Positions 48,093-57,919 of a DNA stretch of 64,000 nucleotides are shown here, piece by piece. Position 1 is the stretch's first letter. Every line of letters begins with the position of its first letter. Source of the stretch: an uncultured Peptostreptococcaceae bacterium (GTDB taxonomy: Bacteria; Bacillota; Clostridia; Peptostreptococcales; BM714). Position numbers and translations under genes: made by a program. Location of the stretch: NCBI GenBank assembly GCA_964644525.1, contig CAZXWC010000002.1, positions 41-64,040 on the forward strand, given 5' to 3'. Below the pieces are notes generated by a model. The model searched no databases. It worked only from the letters and a program-made list of their open reading frames with translations, and was not told the origin of the DNA.

Positions 48093-49958
48093 GTGGTGAT
48101 TAATGTGGAAAAGTTGAAAACAATTGTAAACAAAGCTCCACTTGAGCCTGGAGTATACTTGATGAAAAATTCAAATGGAAGGATCATATATGTAGGAAAA
48201 GCCAAGTTGCTCAAAAAGCGCCTAAAACAATATGTCAACGGAGGTCGCATCCTTGAGCCCAAGGTAAGAGCCATGATGGACCACGTCAGCGAAATAGACT
48301 ATATTATAACCGACAGTGAAGTAGAGGCGCTTATTCTAGAACTCAACCTTATCAAGGAGGAAAAACCCCCCTACAATATAATGTTGAGAGACGACAAGTC
48401 GTATCCTTATATAAAGGTGACTGTTAATGAGGAATATCCAAGAGTGATAAAAACAAGGAATGTAAAAAAAGACGGAGCCAGATATTTTGGTCCATATCCC
48501 AGTACAGGCCATGTTAATCTTATGGTCAACTTGATAAATGATAGCTTTCCAATAAAAAAGTGCTCGAAAAAATTCGGTAAGGAAGTGCGGAGGCCCTGTT
48601 TGAACTACCATATAAACAGATGTACGGGCCCATGCCGCAAAAATGTCGATATAGAAGTATATAATGATCTGATCAAGAGTATAATAGCAATAATCGAAGG
48701 CAAATCGGAAGACCTTCTCAAGGAATTGAAATTGAAAATGGCCGAATATGCCGAAAATATGGAATTTGAAAAAGCCGCCCAAAAGAGAGACCAAATAAAA
48801 GCGGTGAATTATATTCACGAAAACCAGAAGGTTATTTTTGAGAAAGCGCTGGATCAGGATTATATAGCTGTGGCAAGGCAGGAAGAAAAGGTATCCTTCA
48901 TGATTTTCCATATACGGGAAGGAAGGTTGGTGGGAAAAGACAACTACATCATTGAAGATTTGTTAATTAATGACAATGGAGAGATTCTTGACATGTTCAT
49001 TTCGCAATATTATGCCGGTTTATCTTATATACCCAAGGAGATTTTGGCGACAGAAATACCCAGTGACAGGCAATTGCTCGAAAAGTGGCTTTCGGAGAAA
49101 AGGGGAGGCAAAACGTCACTACTTTGTCCTAAGCGTGGAGAAAAAGCAAAACTTCTTAAGATGGCTGAAAAAAATGCGATTGAAATATTGCTAAAACAGG
49201 CTGAGAATGAAAAAGAAAAAGAGGGCAAAAGAAAACGAATAGCCCAGAAGTTTCAAAAGACATTGGAAATGGAAGGGGAAATTGAACGCATTGAATCATA
49301 CGATATTTCAAATATATCCGGAGTGTATTCAGTAGGATCCATGGTTGTATTCGAGGGGTCCGAGCCGGCAAAGCGTGCCTACAGGCGTTTTCGCATCAGG
49401 ACAGTTGACAGGGCGGACGATTATAAAAGTATGCAGGAAATACTTTACAGACGATTTAAAAAAGGATTGAATGAAAGATACGCAATTGAAAAAGGAGAAT
49501 TGCAACTTGGTGGCAAATTTTCAAAATTTCCGGACATTCTTTTGATAGACGGAGGCTTGGGACATGTGCATGCAGTGGAAAAAGTGCTTGAGGCTTTGGA
49601 ATTGGATATTCCGGTCGCAGGTATGAAAAAAAATGCAAAACATAAAACAGATAGTTTGGTTTTCAAGGACAAAACAATAGAAATAAAAGGGGACAGGGAG
49701 CTTCTAAAGTTCATATCGCGAATTCAGGACGAGACACACAGGTTCGCTATTGAATATCATAAAAAATTAAGAGGGCAGGCCCTCAGAAAATCCGTTCTTG
49801 ATGAAATAAAAGGTGTTGGAGAAAAAAGAAAAAATGCCCTTTTTAAGGCGTTCGGAACCATTGATGCAATTATGGAGGCAGACGTTGAAAGCCTGTTAGC
49901 TTTAAAGGAAATAGACAGAAGAACGGCCCAAGCGATAGTCGATTATTTCAATAAATAA
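48093..49958 (+). CDS. uvrC: Excinuclease ABC subunit C
   Basis: GIY-YIG 'PGVYLMKN...IIYVGKA', UVR domain 'MEFEKAAQKRDQI', and a C-terminal HhH. Non-ATG start with a weak RBS. Confidence 0.9.
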   Translation: MVINVEKLKTIVNKAPLEPGVYLMKNSNGRIIYVGKAKLLKKRLKQYVNGGRILEPKVRAMMDHVSEIDYIITDSEVEALILELNLIKEEKPPYNIMLRDDKSYPYIKVTVNEEYPRVIKTRNVKKDGARYFGPYPSTGHVNLMVNLINDSFPIKKCSKKFGKEVRRPCLNYHINRCTGPCRKNVDIEVYNDLIKSIIAIIEGKSEDLLKELKLKMAEYAENMEFEKAAQKRDQIKAVNYIHENQKVIFEKALDQDYIAVARQEEKVSFMIFHIREGRLVGKDNYIIEDLLINDNGEILDMFISQYYAGLSYIPKEILATEIPSDRQLLEKWLSEKRGGKTSLLCPKRGEKAKLLKMAEKNAIEILLKQAENEKEKEGKRKRIAQKFQKTLEMEGEIERIESYDISNISGVYSVGSMVVFEGSEPAKRAYRRFRIRTVDRADDYKSMQEILYRRFKKGLNERYAIEKGELQLGGKFSKFPDILLIDGGLGHVHAVEKVLEALELDIPVAGMKKNAKHKTDSLVFKDKTIEIKGDRELLKFISRIQDETHRFAIEYHKKLRGQALRKSVLDEIKGVGEKRKNALFKAFGTIDAIMEADVESLLALKEIDRRTAQAIVDYFNK

Positions 49959-49994
49959 GGACACTTCAGGTTCATGTACCCTAGAAGTGTCCTT
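49957..49994. terminator. Shared hairpin between convergent uvrC and the ISL3-like gene
   Basis: AAGGACACTTC (overlapping the uvrC stop) pairs with GAAGTGTCCTT (the last codons of the minus-strand gene). 11-bp stem, 16-nt loop, T-rich flanks on both strands. Confidence 0.55.
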
Positions 49995-51282
49995 GTTTTA
50001 TTTCATTTAATAGGGAGGGAATGTGAACCCCTAATGTCTTTTTTCGTAGCAGAATCGAGCATTTTGGGTTTGCTGCCGGGCGTTTCAGATTGATGTGACG
50101 GATTTCTTTTTCTTCATTTTGAATACTGGAATTTCCGAAAAGTATCCTTCCCCGAGTAGCTTCAAAAGAAGTGGTGTAAGTCTGGCTTTCAATAATATGG
50201 GGCAGGTTGCTTATATTTTGGATGGATTTATGTGAATACGGATAGTTGAAATAATTTAGAAATTCCATTTTCAATTTGTCCATTACATTAGCCATACGTC
50301 CGTAAAAAGGATTCATATGGGCGATTGCCTTTTCTTTCCATTCCGTGTATTTGATTTCAGCATCTTTGCGGTTGTCTGATTCATAAACCTGTTTAAGTTC
50401 CATGAGCATCTTGTAGGATTGAAAAAGGGGAGAACTTCCAAGTCTGAAAAATGCATGCTCGAACTTTGTGTTTTCTAAAGGTAGATTGTTTATAAAGTCA
50501 TATTGCAATTCGTTTAAGAGATTTATGTTGTTTGTTTTCTTAAACCAAAGCGTTTTCCTTATATTGCACTTGAATATTCTGTTTATGAATTTTTCGACCT
50601 GAAAGCGGTCCAAAACAAAAGTGGCATACGGGTAGCGGTCGTGAAGAAATTTGCTTTGCATATAAACAGGATCTGCAATTATTATATTTCTGAAGTCAGG
50701 ATCCATTATGTCCAGAAATGATGTATTGCTGGAATCGCTAATATCCCTGTTTATGTCAAGCAGAAGTTCATTTTCCGGATCGCAGAAAAGCGTAATTAAC
50801 TCCTTGTTTAAAAAAAGCCTGTTGATGGTAAGAATTTCTGGAGCATATATCTTTCTGTTTAAATCAAGTGAATGCATGGATTCATCAAATACGCGCATTA
50901 CAGTCGTGTGTGAAACATCGCAATCCTTGGCAACCTGCAGAAAAGGCTTTCTGAAACATTCATTCGTGATGATATTCTTGAAACGGTTTGTTATTCTTGA
51001 AAATCCGTCGGTGCATTCAATTGTTTCATAAAAGGTTTTACCACAGTATTTACATCTGTATCGGCCGTGAAGAATAAGCAAATCTACCGGATGTCCGTCT
51101 ATTGAGATGTCCCTTACATATCTTTCGCGTTTTCCGTGCTTTACAATTGAACCTTCATTAGACATGCAGTGGGGGCATAGAGTGGGAGTGTGTTTTTTCT
51201 CGACAACAAAAAGATATGTGTTTTCTCTTTCTTTTTGTTCCAGAACATTGAATTCATCCAGATTGAGTCTTTTCATTATCAT
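49981..51282 (-). CDS. ISL3-family transposase-like protein, apparently degenerate/orphan
   Basis: N-terminal zinc ribbon 'CPHC...RYRCKYCGKTF' and HTH region 'VAKDCDVSHTTVMRVFDE' follow the ISL3 transposase layout. The central and C-terminal regions align loosely, but expected catalytic motifs look altered. No flanking inverted repeats seen. Confidence 0.6.
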   Translation of the reverse strand: MIMKRLNLDEFNVLEQKERENTYLFVVEKKHTPTLCPHCMSNEGSIVKHGKRERYVRDISIDGHPVDLLILHGRYRCKYCGKTFYETIECTDGFSRITNRFKNIITNECFRKPFLQVAKDCDVSHTTVMRVFDESMHSLDLNRKIYAPEILTINRLFLNKELITLFCDPENELLLDINRDISDSSNTSFLDIMDPDFRNIIIADPVYMQSKFLHDRYPYATFVLDRFQVEKFINRIFKCNIRKTLWFKKTNNINLLNELQYDFINNLPLENTKFEHAFFRLGSSPLFQSYKMLMELKQVYESDNRKDAEIKYTEWKEKAIAHMNPFYGRMANVMDKLKMEFLNYFNYPYSHKSIQNISNLPHIIESQTYTTSFEATRGRILFGNSSIQNEEKEIRHINLKRPAANPKCSILLRKKTLGVHIPSLLNEIKQGHF

Positions 51283-51573
51283 CAGCCCCCATAAGTGAAA
51301 TGCATAAACCGCAAACTTATTCGTATGTTTTATATTTAACAGGAAAATGCAATGCTTTTAGTGTATTTTATCATCAAACACCATCAAAGTTCAATAGCAG
51401 TAGGGGTTAAATACATTGTAAATACAAGCTGTAGATGATATTATCTCAATAGGGATTGTTTAATTTATAACAAATAAATGTGAAAACTTAGACAAAATCC
51501 CGCCAGCCAAGACTAAATGTGTATTTATTAATTTGCAATTAGTAAATATATATGTGAGAAAAGGGGAGGTAAA

Positions 51574-52062
51574 ATGGAAAACCAAGTCATGAAAGAAATT
51601 TTGAACGAAAAGAATTTTGCCAAATTGGACCAAGTAATCGAAGAGAACAAAGATCGAAAAGGTGCCTTGATGCCTATTTTGCATGAAGCGCAAAATATTT
51701 TTGGAGCGCTTCCTATCGAAGTGCAAAAGGTCATTTCCGAAAAGCTTGACATATCGCTTGCGGAAATCTACGGAGTTGTGACATTTTATTCACAGTTTTC
51801 CCTTGTTCCAAAGGGTGAGTTTGTAGTCGGATTGTGTCTGGGAACTGCCTGTTATGTAAAAGGCGCGCAGAATATTCTTGACCGCCTTGAAACGGAACTA
51901 GGAATCAAGGTGGGAGAAACATCCAAGGACGGCAAGTTTACGCTTGAAGCTACAAGATGCCTGGGATGCTGTGGTTTGGCTCCAGTAATGGTCATCAATG
52001 AAAAAGTTTATGGAAGATTGGAGCCGGCGCAAATTACCGGCATTTTGGAACAATACAAATAA
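51574..52062 (+). CDS. hndA: [FeFe]-hydrogenase complex subunit HndA (NuoE-like 2Fe-2S)
   Basis: 'CLGTACYVKG' and 'RCLGCCGLAPV' thioredoxin-like [2Fe-2S] motif. Confidence 0.85.
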   Translation: MENQVMKEILNEKNFAKLDQVIEENKDRKGALMPILHEAQNIFGALPIEVQKVISEKLDISLAEIYGVVTFYSQFSLVPKGEFVVGLCLGTACYVKGAQNILDRLETELGIKVGETSKDGKFTLEATRCLGCCGLAPVMVINEKVYGRLEPAQITGILEQYK

Positions 52063-52087
52063 AGCCGCTTTTATTAGGAGGAAAAAA

Positions 52088-52450
52088 ATGAAAACTTTAG
52101 CTGAATTGGCAAAGATCAGAGATGAAGCAAAAGGAAAAATCGATCTTAGAGGAAAAAAAGGAACAAGGATTGTAGTCGGCATGGCAACGTGCGGAATAGC
52201 AGCCGGAGCAAGACCTGTTCTGCTTTCTTTGGTTGAAGAAGTCAAGAAGAGAAATCTTAGTGATGTTGAAGTGGTTCAAACCGGGTGCATAGGAGTTTGC
52301 AGGCTTGAGCCGATAGTGGAAATATTTGAAGAAAATGGGGAAAAGGTTACATACGTTGAAATGACACCGGAAAAAGCTCGCAAGGTTATTGCTGACCATA
52401 TTGTAAACGGTAAAGTGGTTAGTGAGTATACAATCGGAGCCAACGCATAA
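52088..52450 (+). CDS. hndB: HndB-like small 2Fe-2S ferredoxin subunit
   Basis: ATG follows AGGAGGAAAAAA. 'VGMATCGIAAGA' and 'TGCIGVCRLEPIV'. 120 aa. Confidence 0.75.
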   Translation: MKTLAELAKIRDEAKGKIDLRGKKGTRIVVGMATCGIAAGARPVLLSLVEEVKKRNLSDVEVVQTGCIGVCRLEPIVEIFEENGEKVTYVEMTPEKARKVIADHIVNGKVVSEYTIGANA

Positions 52451-52487
52451 AACCGGACAAAAATTTACGATATTGGGAGGTAAGGAA

Positions 52488-54284
52488 ATGGAATTGTATA
52501 GATCGCATGTATTGATTTGCGGTGGAACGGGTTGCACTTCTTCCGGATCGGACCTGGTGGAAGAACGTTTTTACGAGGAAATCAAGAAAAACGGATTGGA
52601 AAAAGAAGTAAAAGTAATCAGAACGGGTTGCTTCGGACTATGCGAAGTGGGTCCTGTTGTTGTTGTTTATCCGGAAGGTTCATTCTACGCACATGTTAAA
52701 CCGGAAGATGCAAAAACTATTACAGAAGAGCACTTGTTAAAGGGCAGGATAGTAAAAGATCTTCTTTATTATGAATCACTTGAGGAAGCAAGCGACCAGG
52801 TAAAATCCATAAATGAAGTGGATTTTTACCAAAAACAAATGCGTGTAGCGCTAAGGAATTGCGGAGTTATAGATCCAGAGAACATAGAAGAGTATATTGC
52901 AATGGATGGATATGCGGCGCTAGGAAAAGTCTTGACTGAAATGTCTTCTGCAGATGTAATAAACCTCATCAAGCAGTCAGGCCTAAGAGGTCGTGGTGGC
53001 GGCGGATTCCCAACAGGAGTCAAGTGGAGCTTTGCTGCAGGCGCTAAAAATGACCAGAAATACATGATTTGTAACGCCGACGAGGGAGACCCGGGCGCAT
53101 TCATGGACAGGAGCGTATTGGAAGGCGACCCGCATGCAATAATAGAAGCGATGGCAATAGCAGGATATGCAATAGGGGCTACACAAGGTTACGTATATGT
53201 AAGGGCTGAATATCCGATTGCTGTTCAACGGCTTGAAATAGCAATAAGCCAAGCCAAAGAAAACGGGCTTCTAGGGAAAGACATTTTCGGGACCGGATTC
53301 GACTTTGACTTGGAAATACGTCTTGGAGCCGGAGCTTTTGTTTGCGGTGAAGAGACGGCCCTTCTTCAGTCGATTGAAGGATACAGGGGAATGCCAAGAC
53401 CAAAACCGCCATTCCCAGCTAACAAAGGTTTGTGGCAGAAACCGACGATCATAAACAATGTTGAGACATTGGCCAACATACCGCAAATAGTACTAAAAGG
53501 CGCCGATTGGTTTTCTTCAATCGGAACCGAAAAATCAAAAGGAACCAAAGTTTTCGCATTGGGTGGAAAAATAAACAACACCGGACTTATTGAAATTCCA
53601 ATGGGAACTACCCTTAGAGAGGTAATATACGACATTGGCGGAGGAATTCCAAACGGCAAGAAATTTAAAGCTGTTCAGACGGGTGGACCTTCAGGTGGCT
53701 GCATAACATATGAACACCTTGATCAGCCAATAGATTATGACAATTTGATAGCTCTTGGATCAATGATGGGTTCAGGTGGAATGATCGTTATGGATGAAGA
53801 CAACTGCATGGTTGATATCGCGCGATTCTTCCTTGATTTTACAGTCGACGAGTCCTGTGGAAAATGCACTCCTTGTCGCGAAGGAACAAAGAGAATGCTT
53901 GAAATGCTTGAAAAAATAACAAGCGGACGCGGTGAAGAAGGCGATATCGATAAACTCGAAAAGCTTGCATACACCATCAAAGATTCGGCTCTTTGCGGCT
54001 TGGGACAAACTGCTCCAAATCCAGTAATCTCTACCATCAGATATTTCAGGGACGAGTACGAAGCCCATATCGAGGACAAGAAGTGTCCGGCAGGAGTTTG
54101 CAAAAATCTTCTGACTTACAGCATTACAGATGCTTGTATAGGATGTACCAAGTGTGCAAGAAACTGCCCGGTAGATTGTATAAGTGGCGAGGTCAAGAAA
54201 CTTCATGTAATAGACGCTGAAAAGTGTATCAAATGCGGAGCCTGCATGGATGCTTGTCCCGTAAATGCTATAGTCAAGAAATAA
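52488..54284 (+). CDS. hndC: HndC (NuoF-like NAD(P)H/FMN-binding subunit with extra Fe-S domains)
   Basis: 'SGLRGRGGGGFPTG', 'ESCGKCTPCREG', and C-terminal 2x[4Fe-4S] 'CIGCTKCARNCP...CIKCGACMDACP'. Confidence 0.9.
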   Translation: MELYRSHVLICGGTGCTSSGSDLVEERFYEEIKKNGLEKEVKVIRTGCFGLCEVGPVVVVYPEGSFYAHVKPEDAKTITEEHLLKGRIVKDLLYYESLEEASDQVKSINEVDFYQKQMRVALRNCGVIDPENIEEYIAMDGYAALGKVLTEMSSADVINLIKQSGLRGRGGGGFPTGVKWSFAAGAKNDQKYMICNADEGDPGAFMDRSVLEGDPHAIIEAMAIAGYAIGATQGYVYVRAEYPIAVQRLEIAISQAKENGLLGKDIFGTGFDFDLEIRLGAGAFVCGEETALLQSIEGYRGMPRPKPPFPANKGLWQKPTIINNVETLANIPQIVLKGADWFSSIGTEKSKGTKVFALGGKINNTGLIEIPMGTTLREVIYDIGGGIPNGKKFKAVQTGGPSGGCITYEHLDQPIDYDNLIALGSMMGSGGMIVMDEDNCMVDIARFFLDFTVDESCGKCTPCREGTKRMLEMLEKITSGRGEEGDIDKLEKLAYTIKDSALCGLGQTAPNPVISTIRYFRDEYEAHIEDKKCPAGVCKNLLTYSITDACIGCTKCARNCPVDCISGEVKKLHVIDAEKCIKCGACMDACPVNAIVKK

Positions 54285-54319
54285 CCTTCGGAAAATCATA
54301 AACTAAAAGAGAGGTGTAA

Positions 54320-56074
54320 ATGGTGGAAAAAGTTACTTTAACTATAAATGGTATCGAGGTGCAAGCACCGAAAGGCTATACTATTCTTAAAGCAGCCAGA
54401 GAGATTGGAGTCCATATTCCAACCCTTTGCTACCTGGAAGGCGTAAACGAAATTGGCGCCTGCAGGGTTTGCGTTGTGGAAGTTGAAAAAGCGAGAGCTC
54501 TTCTGACTGCATGTACAACGCCGGTTGCAGAAGGAATGGTAGTGAAGACAAATACGAAGAGGGTCAGAGACGCCAGAAAAATGGTTGTCGAGCTTATTCT
54601 TGCAAACCATAACAGAGAGTGTCTTGTTTGCGAAAGAAACGGATCATGTGAGCTTCAGAAGTTGACAGAGGAGCTTGGAATCAAGGAAGTTTCATATGAA
54701 GGGATAAAAAGAACTCCCACAATAGACGAATTTTCCCCTTCAATCGTAAGGGACACAAGCAAATGCATACTTTGCGGAAGGTGTATTGCAACTTGCAAAA
54801 ATGTTCAGGAAATTGGAATTCTCGAATTTACAAACAGAGGCTTCAATACAGAGGTAAGCCCTGCTTTCAATTCAAGCATGACTGAAATGCCGTGCATATA
54901 CTGCGGCCAATGCGTAAACGCATGCCCGGTTGCAGCACTTAGGGAAAAATCCAACATTGATGAAGTTTGGGAAGCTATTGACGACCCCGATCTTCATGTA
55001 ATAGTTCAATCGGCTCCGGCAGTTAGAGCAGCACTCGGAGAGCTTTTTGACAATCCGATTGGAACAAATGTAACAGGCAAAATGGCAACGGCTCTTCACA
55101 TGATGGGCTTTGACAAGGTGTTTGACACAAACTTCGCAGCCGACCTTACAATACTCGAGGAAGGCACAGAGCTTCTAGGAAGAATCAAAAACGGCGGAGT
55201 TCTTCCCATGATTACTTCGTGTTCTCCTGGTTGGATAAACTTTGCAGAATTGAATTACCCTGATTTGCTTGACCATCTTTCAAGCTGCAAGTCGCCCCAC
55301 CAGATGTTTGGGGCAGTAATGAAGACTCATTACGCGAAAATGAACAACATAGACCCGAAAAAAATATATGTTGTGTCAGTGATGCCTTGTACAGCAAAAA
55401 AATACGAGTGCAAGCGTGAGGAGATGGGAAGAGACGGGTATCTTGACGTCGACACTGTAATAACCACAAGAGAGCTTGGGAAAATGATTAAACAGGCTTC
55501 TGTAGAATTCAACGAGCTTCCCGAAGGCGAATTTGACGAATACTTTGGTGACTACTCAGGTGCGGCTGTAATATTTGGAGCAACTGGAGGCGTCATGGAA
55601 GCGGCTCTCAGAACCGTTGCAGATGTTTTGACAGGCGAAGACCTGGAGACGGTCGAATATAAAGCAGTTCGCGGAGAAGAAAGAATACGTGAGGCTGAAG
55701 TTCAAATTGGGGACATTACCGTCAAGGCGGCTGTTACCCATAGTGCTGCCGGAGCGAAAAAAATAATGGAAATGATAAAAGCCGGCGAGGCGGATTATCA
55801 CTTCATAGAAATAATGGGTTGCGACGGCGGTTGCGTAAACGGAGGCGGACAGCCTCATGTATCAGCAACTGAAAGAGTAGGGATTGATATTCGTATGGAA
55901 AGGGCAAAAGCTCTTTACAGCGAAGACGAATCTCTGGATATAAGGAAGTCACACAAGAATCCTTCAATCACAAGACTCTATGAAGAATTCCTGGAAGAGC
56001 CAAACAGCCATGTAGCTCATGAAATTCTCCATACACATTACAATGGCAGGGAAAAGTACAATATAAAGAAGTGA
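54320..56074 (+). CDS. hndD: [FeFe]-hydrogenase catalytic subunit HndD/HydA
   Basis: H-cluster motifs 'TSCSPGW', 'MPCTAKKYE' and 'EIMGCDGGCVNGGGQP', plus N-terminal 2Fe-2S and 4Fe-4S domains. Confidence 0.9.
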   Translation: MVEKVTLTINGIEVQAPKGYTILKAAREIGVHIPTLCYLEGVNEIGACRVCVVEVEKARALLTACTTPVAEGMVVKTNTKRVRDARKMVVELILANHNRECLVCERNGSCELQKLTEELGIKEVSYEGIKRTPTIDEFSPSIVRDTSKCILCGRCIATCKNVQEIGILEFTNRGFNTEVSPAFNSSMTEMPCIYCGQCVNACPVAALREKSNIDEVWEAIDDPDLHVIVQSAPAVRAALGELFDNPIGTNVTGKMATALHMMGFDKVFDTNFAADLTILEEGTELLGRIKNGGVLPMITSCSPGWINFAELNYPDLLDHLSSCKSPHQMFGAVMKTHYAKMNNIDPKKIYVVSVMPCTAKKYECKREEMGRDGYLDVDTVITTRELGKMIKQASVEFNELPEGEFDEYFGDYSGAAVIFGATGGVMEAALRTVADVLTGEDLETVEYKAVRGEERIREAEVQIGDITVKAAVTHSAAGAKKIMEMIKAGEADYHFIEIMGCDGGCVNGGGQPHVSATERVGIDIRMERAKALYSEDESLDIRKSHKNPSITRLYEEFLEEPNSHVAHEILHTHYNGREKYNIKK

Positions 56075-56096
56075 TATATTAAATTGAATAAGATTT

Positions 56097-56127
56097 AAAG
56101 CGGATTCTACGGAGTTCGCTTTTTTTC
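56097..56127 (+). terminator. Rho-independent terminator after the hnd operon
   Basis: AAAGCGGATTC-TACG-GAGTTCGCTTT (two G-T wobbles) followed by a T-run. Confidence 0.6.
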
Positions 56128-56184
56128 GTTTTGTATTCGATTTTAAAAAATGTATAATAAGTATATATAAAGGGAGGGGTAAAA

Positions 56185-57183
56185 ATGAAAAAAATATTTT
56201 GGGTTGTTATTGTTGTTTTGCTCATTCTTCAAGGATGCGCAGCGGAAAAACCAGTTGAGAAAGCAGAAGAAGTGCAAGAAGAAGAGGTTTTTCAGCCTAT
56301 GACCCTTAGAGTGGGAAGCATAAAGGGGCCTAGTGGAGTAGGCATGGTAAAAATAATGGAAGAAAATCCGGTTTTAGGGGAAAAAGTCACCAGCGATTAT
56401 GAAATAGTAGGAACACCTGATATACTCGTTTCGAAAGTTCTCAAAGGACAAACTGACATTGCCGTTTTGCCGACCAATGTTGCAGCAAAGCTTTACAACA
56501 AGGGTGTGGACTACCAAATCGTGGGTATAAATACATGGGGAGTGCTCTATCTACTTGAAAACGGCGAGATGGTGGATTCATGGGAAGACCTTAAAGGCAA
56601 GACAGTTACATTATTTTCAAAGGGCTCGTCGCCTGATGTCATATTTAGATACCTTATGTCAGAAAATGGGCTTACAGAGGACGATGTAACGATAGAGTAC
56701 ATGGCGAGTCACATAGAGTTGTCACAAATGATGATAGCTGGCAAAAAAACAATCGGTCTTTTGCCGGAGCCCATGGTTACAATGGTTCAAATGAAAAACA
56801 AAGATCTTAATGTGGCAATAAATCTTCAAGAATCATGGCAGGATGCTGCGGGAATGGAATTTCCCCAGGGATGCTTGGTGGCAAAGAAATCTTTGATTGA
56901 GGAAAGACCCGAAGTCGTTGAGTCCTTTTTAAACAATTATGATGAATCGTGTGCTTGGGTTAATAAAAATCCTGAGGAAGCTGGAACCCTGGTTGAAAAA
57001 TATGAAATAGGGATGACTGCGCCAATGGCTGTGAAAGCCATACCGCAAAGCAACATCCGTCTTGGAAAATCGTATGATGTGCAAGAAACCATAGACAACT
57101 ACCTGAAAGTTCTTTTTGAATTTTCACCGCAGGAAATAGGAGGCAATGTGCCGGATGAAGGATTCTATTATAAAAAACAATAG
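56185..57183 (+). CDS. ABC transporter substrate-binding lipoprotein (NMT1/THI5-like, NitT/TauT family)
   Basis: Lipobox 'LLILQGC'. Periplasmic-binding-protein-like sequence. Followed by permease and ATPase genes. Confidence 0.75.
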   Translation: MKKIFWVVIVVLLILQGCAAEKPVEKAEEVQEEEVFQPMTLRVGSIKGPSGVGMVKIMEENPVLGEKVTSDYEIVGTPDILVSKVLKGQTDIAVLPTNVAAKLYNKGVDYQIVGINTWGVLYLLENGEMVDSWEDLKGKTVTLFSKGSSPDVIFRYLMSENGLTEDDVTIEYMASHIELSQMMIAGKKTIGLLPEPMVTMVQMKNKDLNVAINLQESWQDAAGMEFPQGCLVAKKSLIEERPEVVESFLNNYDESCAWVNKNPEEAGTLVEKYEIGMTAPMAVKAIPQSNIRLGKSYDVQETIDNYLKVLFEFSPQEIGGNVPDEGFYYKKQ

Positions 57184-57919
57184 GAAAATCATATGGCTTT
57201 CTATCGCATGCATGTTGGGAATATGGCAAATGATTTCCGGACTCATAAGTTCGGAAATCATTTTTCCATCTCCTTTTAGCGTGTTCAAGGGCATTGGATT
57301 TATAGTTCAGGAGAAATATTTCTGGATATCGGTTTTGAGCACGGTAAAAAGAGGGTTATTGGGCATTTTATTTTCACTGTTTTCAGGAGGCGCCCTCGGC
57401 ATTTACGCGGGGCTGAAAAAAGGCGGAAGGATTTTCCTAAGGCCTTATGTGTCGCTTATAAGAACTACTCCTGTTGTAGTGTTGATACTTATTGCCCTTA
57501 TTTGGATGACTGCGGATTTTGTTCCGGTATTCATAAGTTTTCTGATTTCATTTCCCATAATATATACAAACACAGTGCAGGGAATCATACAAGTCGATAA
57601 AAGTCTTGTTGACATGGCAAAAGTGTATGAAGTGGGGAAAAGCAGGATACTGAGAGAAATATACCTACCTTCGATCAGCGCCTACCTGACAGCGGGAGTT
57701 TCAACTGCAATGGGGATAGGATGGAAAGCGGTGATAGCGGCTGAAATACTCAGCCAACCAAAATACTCTATAGGAACAAGATTGATTGAAGCAAAGATAT
57801 ATCTTGAGATAGACCGGGTATTCGCATGGGCATTGCTTGCTGTCGCACTTAGCTTCATATTTGACAACTTGCTGAGAATAGTGGAAAAAAGGACGATGAA
57901 ATGGAAAACAATAGAATGA
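57155..57919 (+). CDS. ABC transporter permease (NitT/TauT family)
   Basis: Six-TM BPD-type permease with an EAA-like loop 'DMAKVYEVGKSRILREIYLP'. Start is 57146 or 57155. Confidence 0.8.
   Translation: MKDSIIKNNRKIIWLSIACMLGIWQMISGLISSEIIFPSPFSVFKGIGFIVQEKYFWISVLSTVKRGLLGILFSLFSGGALGIYAGLKKGGRIFLRPYVSLIRTTPVVVLILIALIWMTADFVPVFISFLISFPIIYTNTVQGIIQVDKSLVDMAKVYEVGKSRILREIYLPSISAYLTAGVSTAMGIGWKAVIAAEILSQPKYSIGTRLIEAKIYLEIDRVFAWALLAVALSFIFDNLLRIVEKRTMKWKTIE

Noticed and set aside
49959-51573. Search for terminal inverted repeats or target duplications that would make the ISL3-like gene a complete IS.
   Set aside because: I could find no complementary sequence between the two flanks. Only 22 nt separate the gene from uvrC. 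It is therefore reported as a CDS, not a mobile element.
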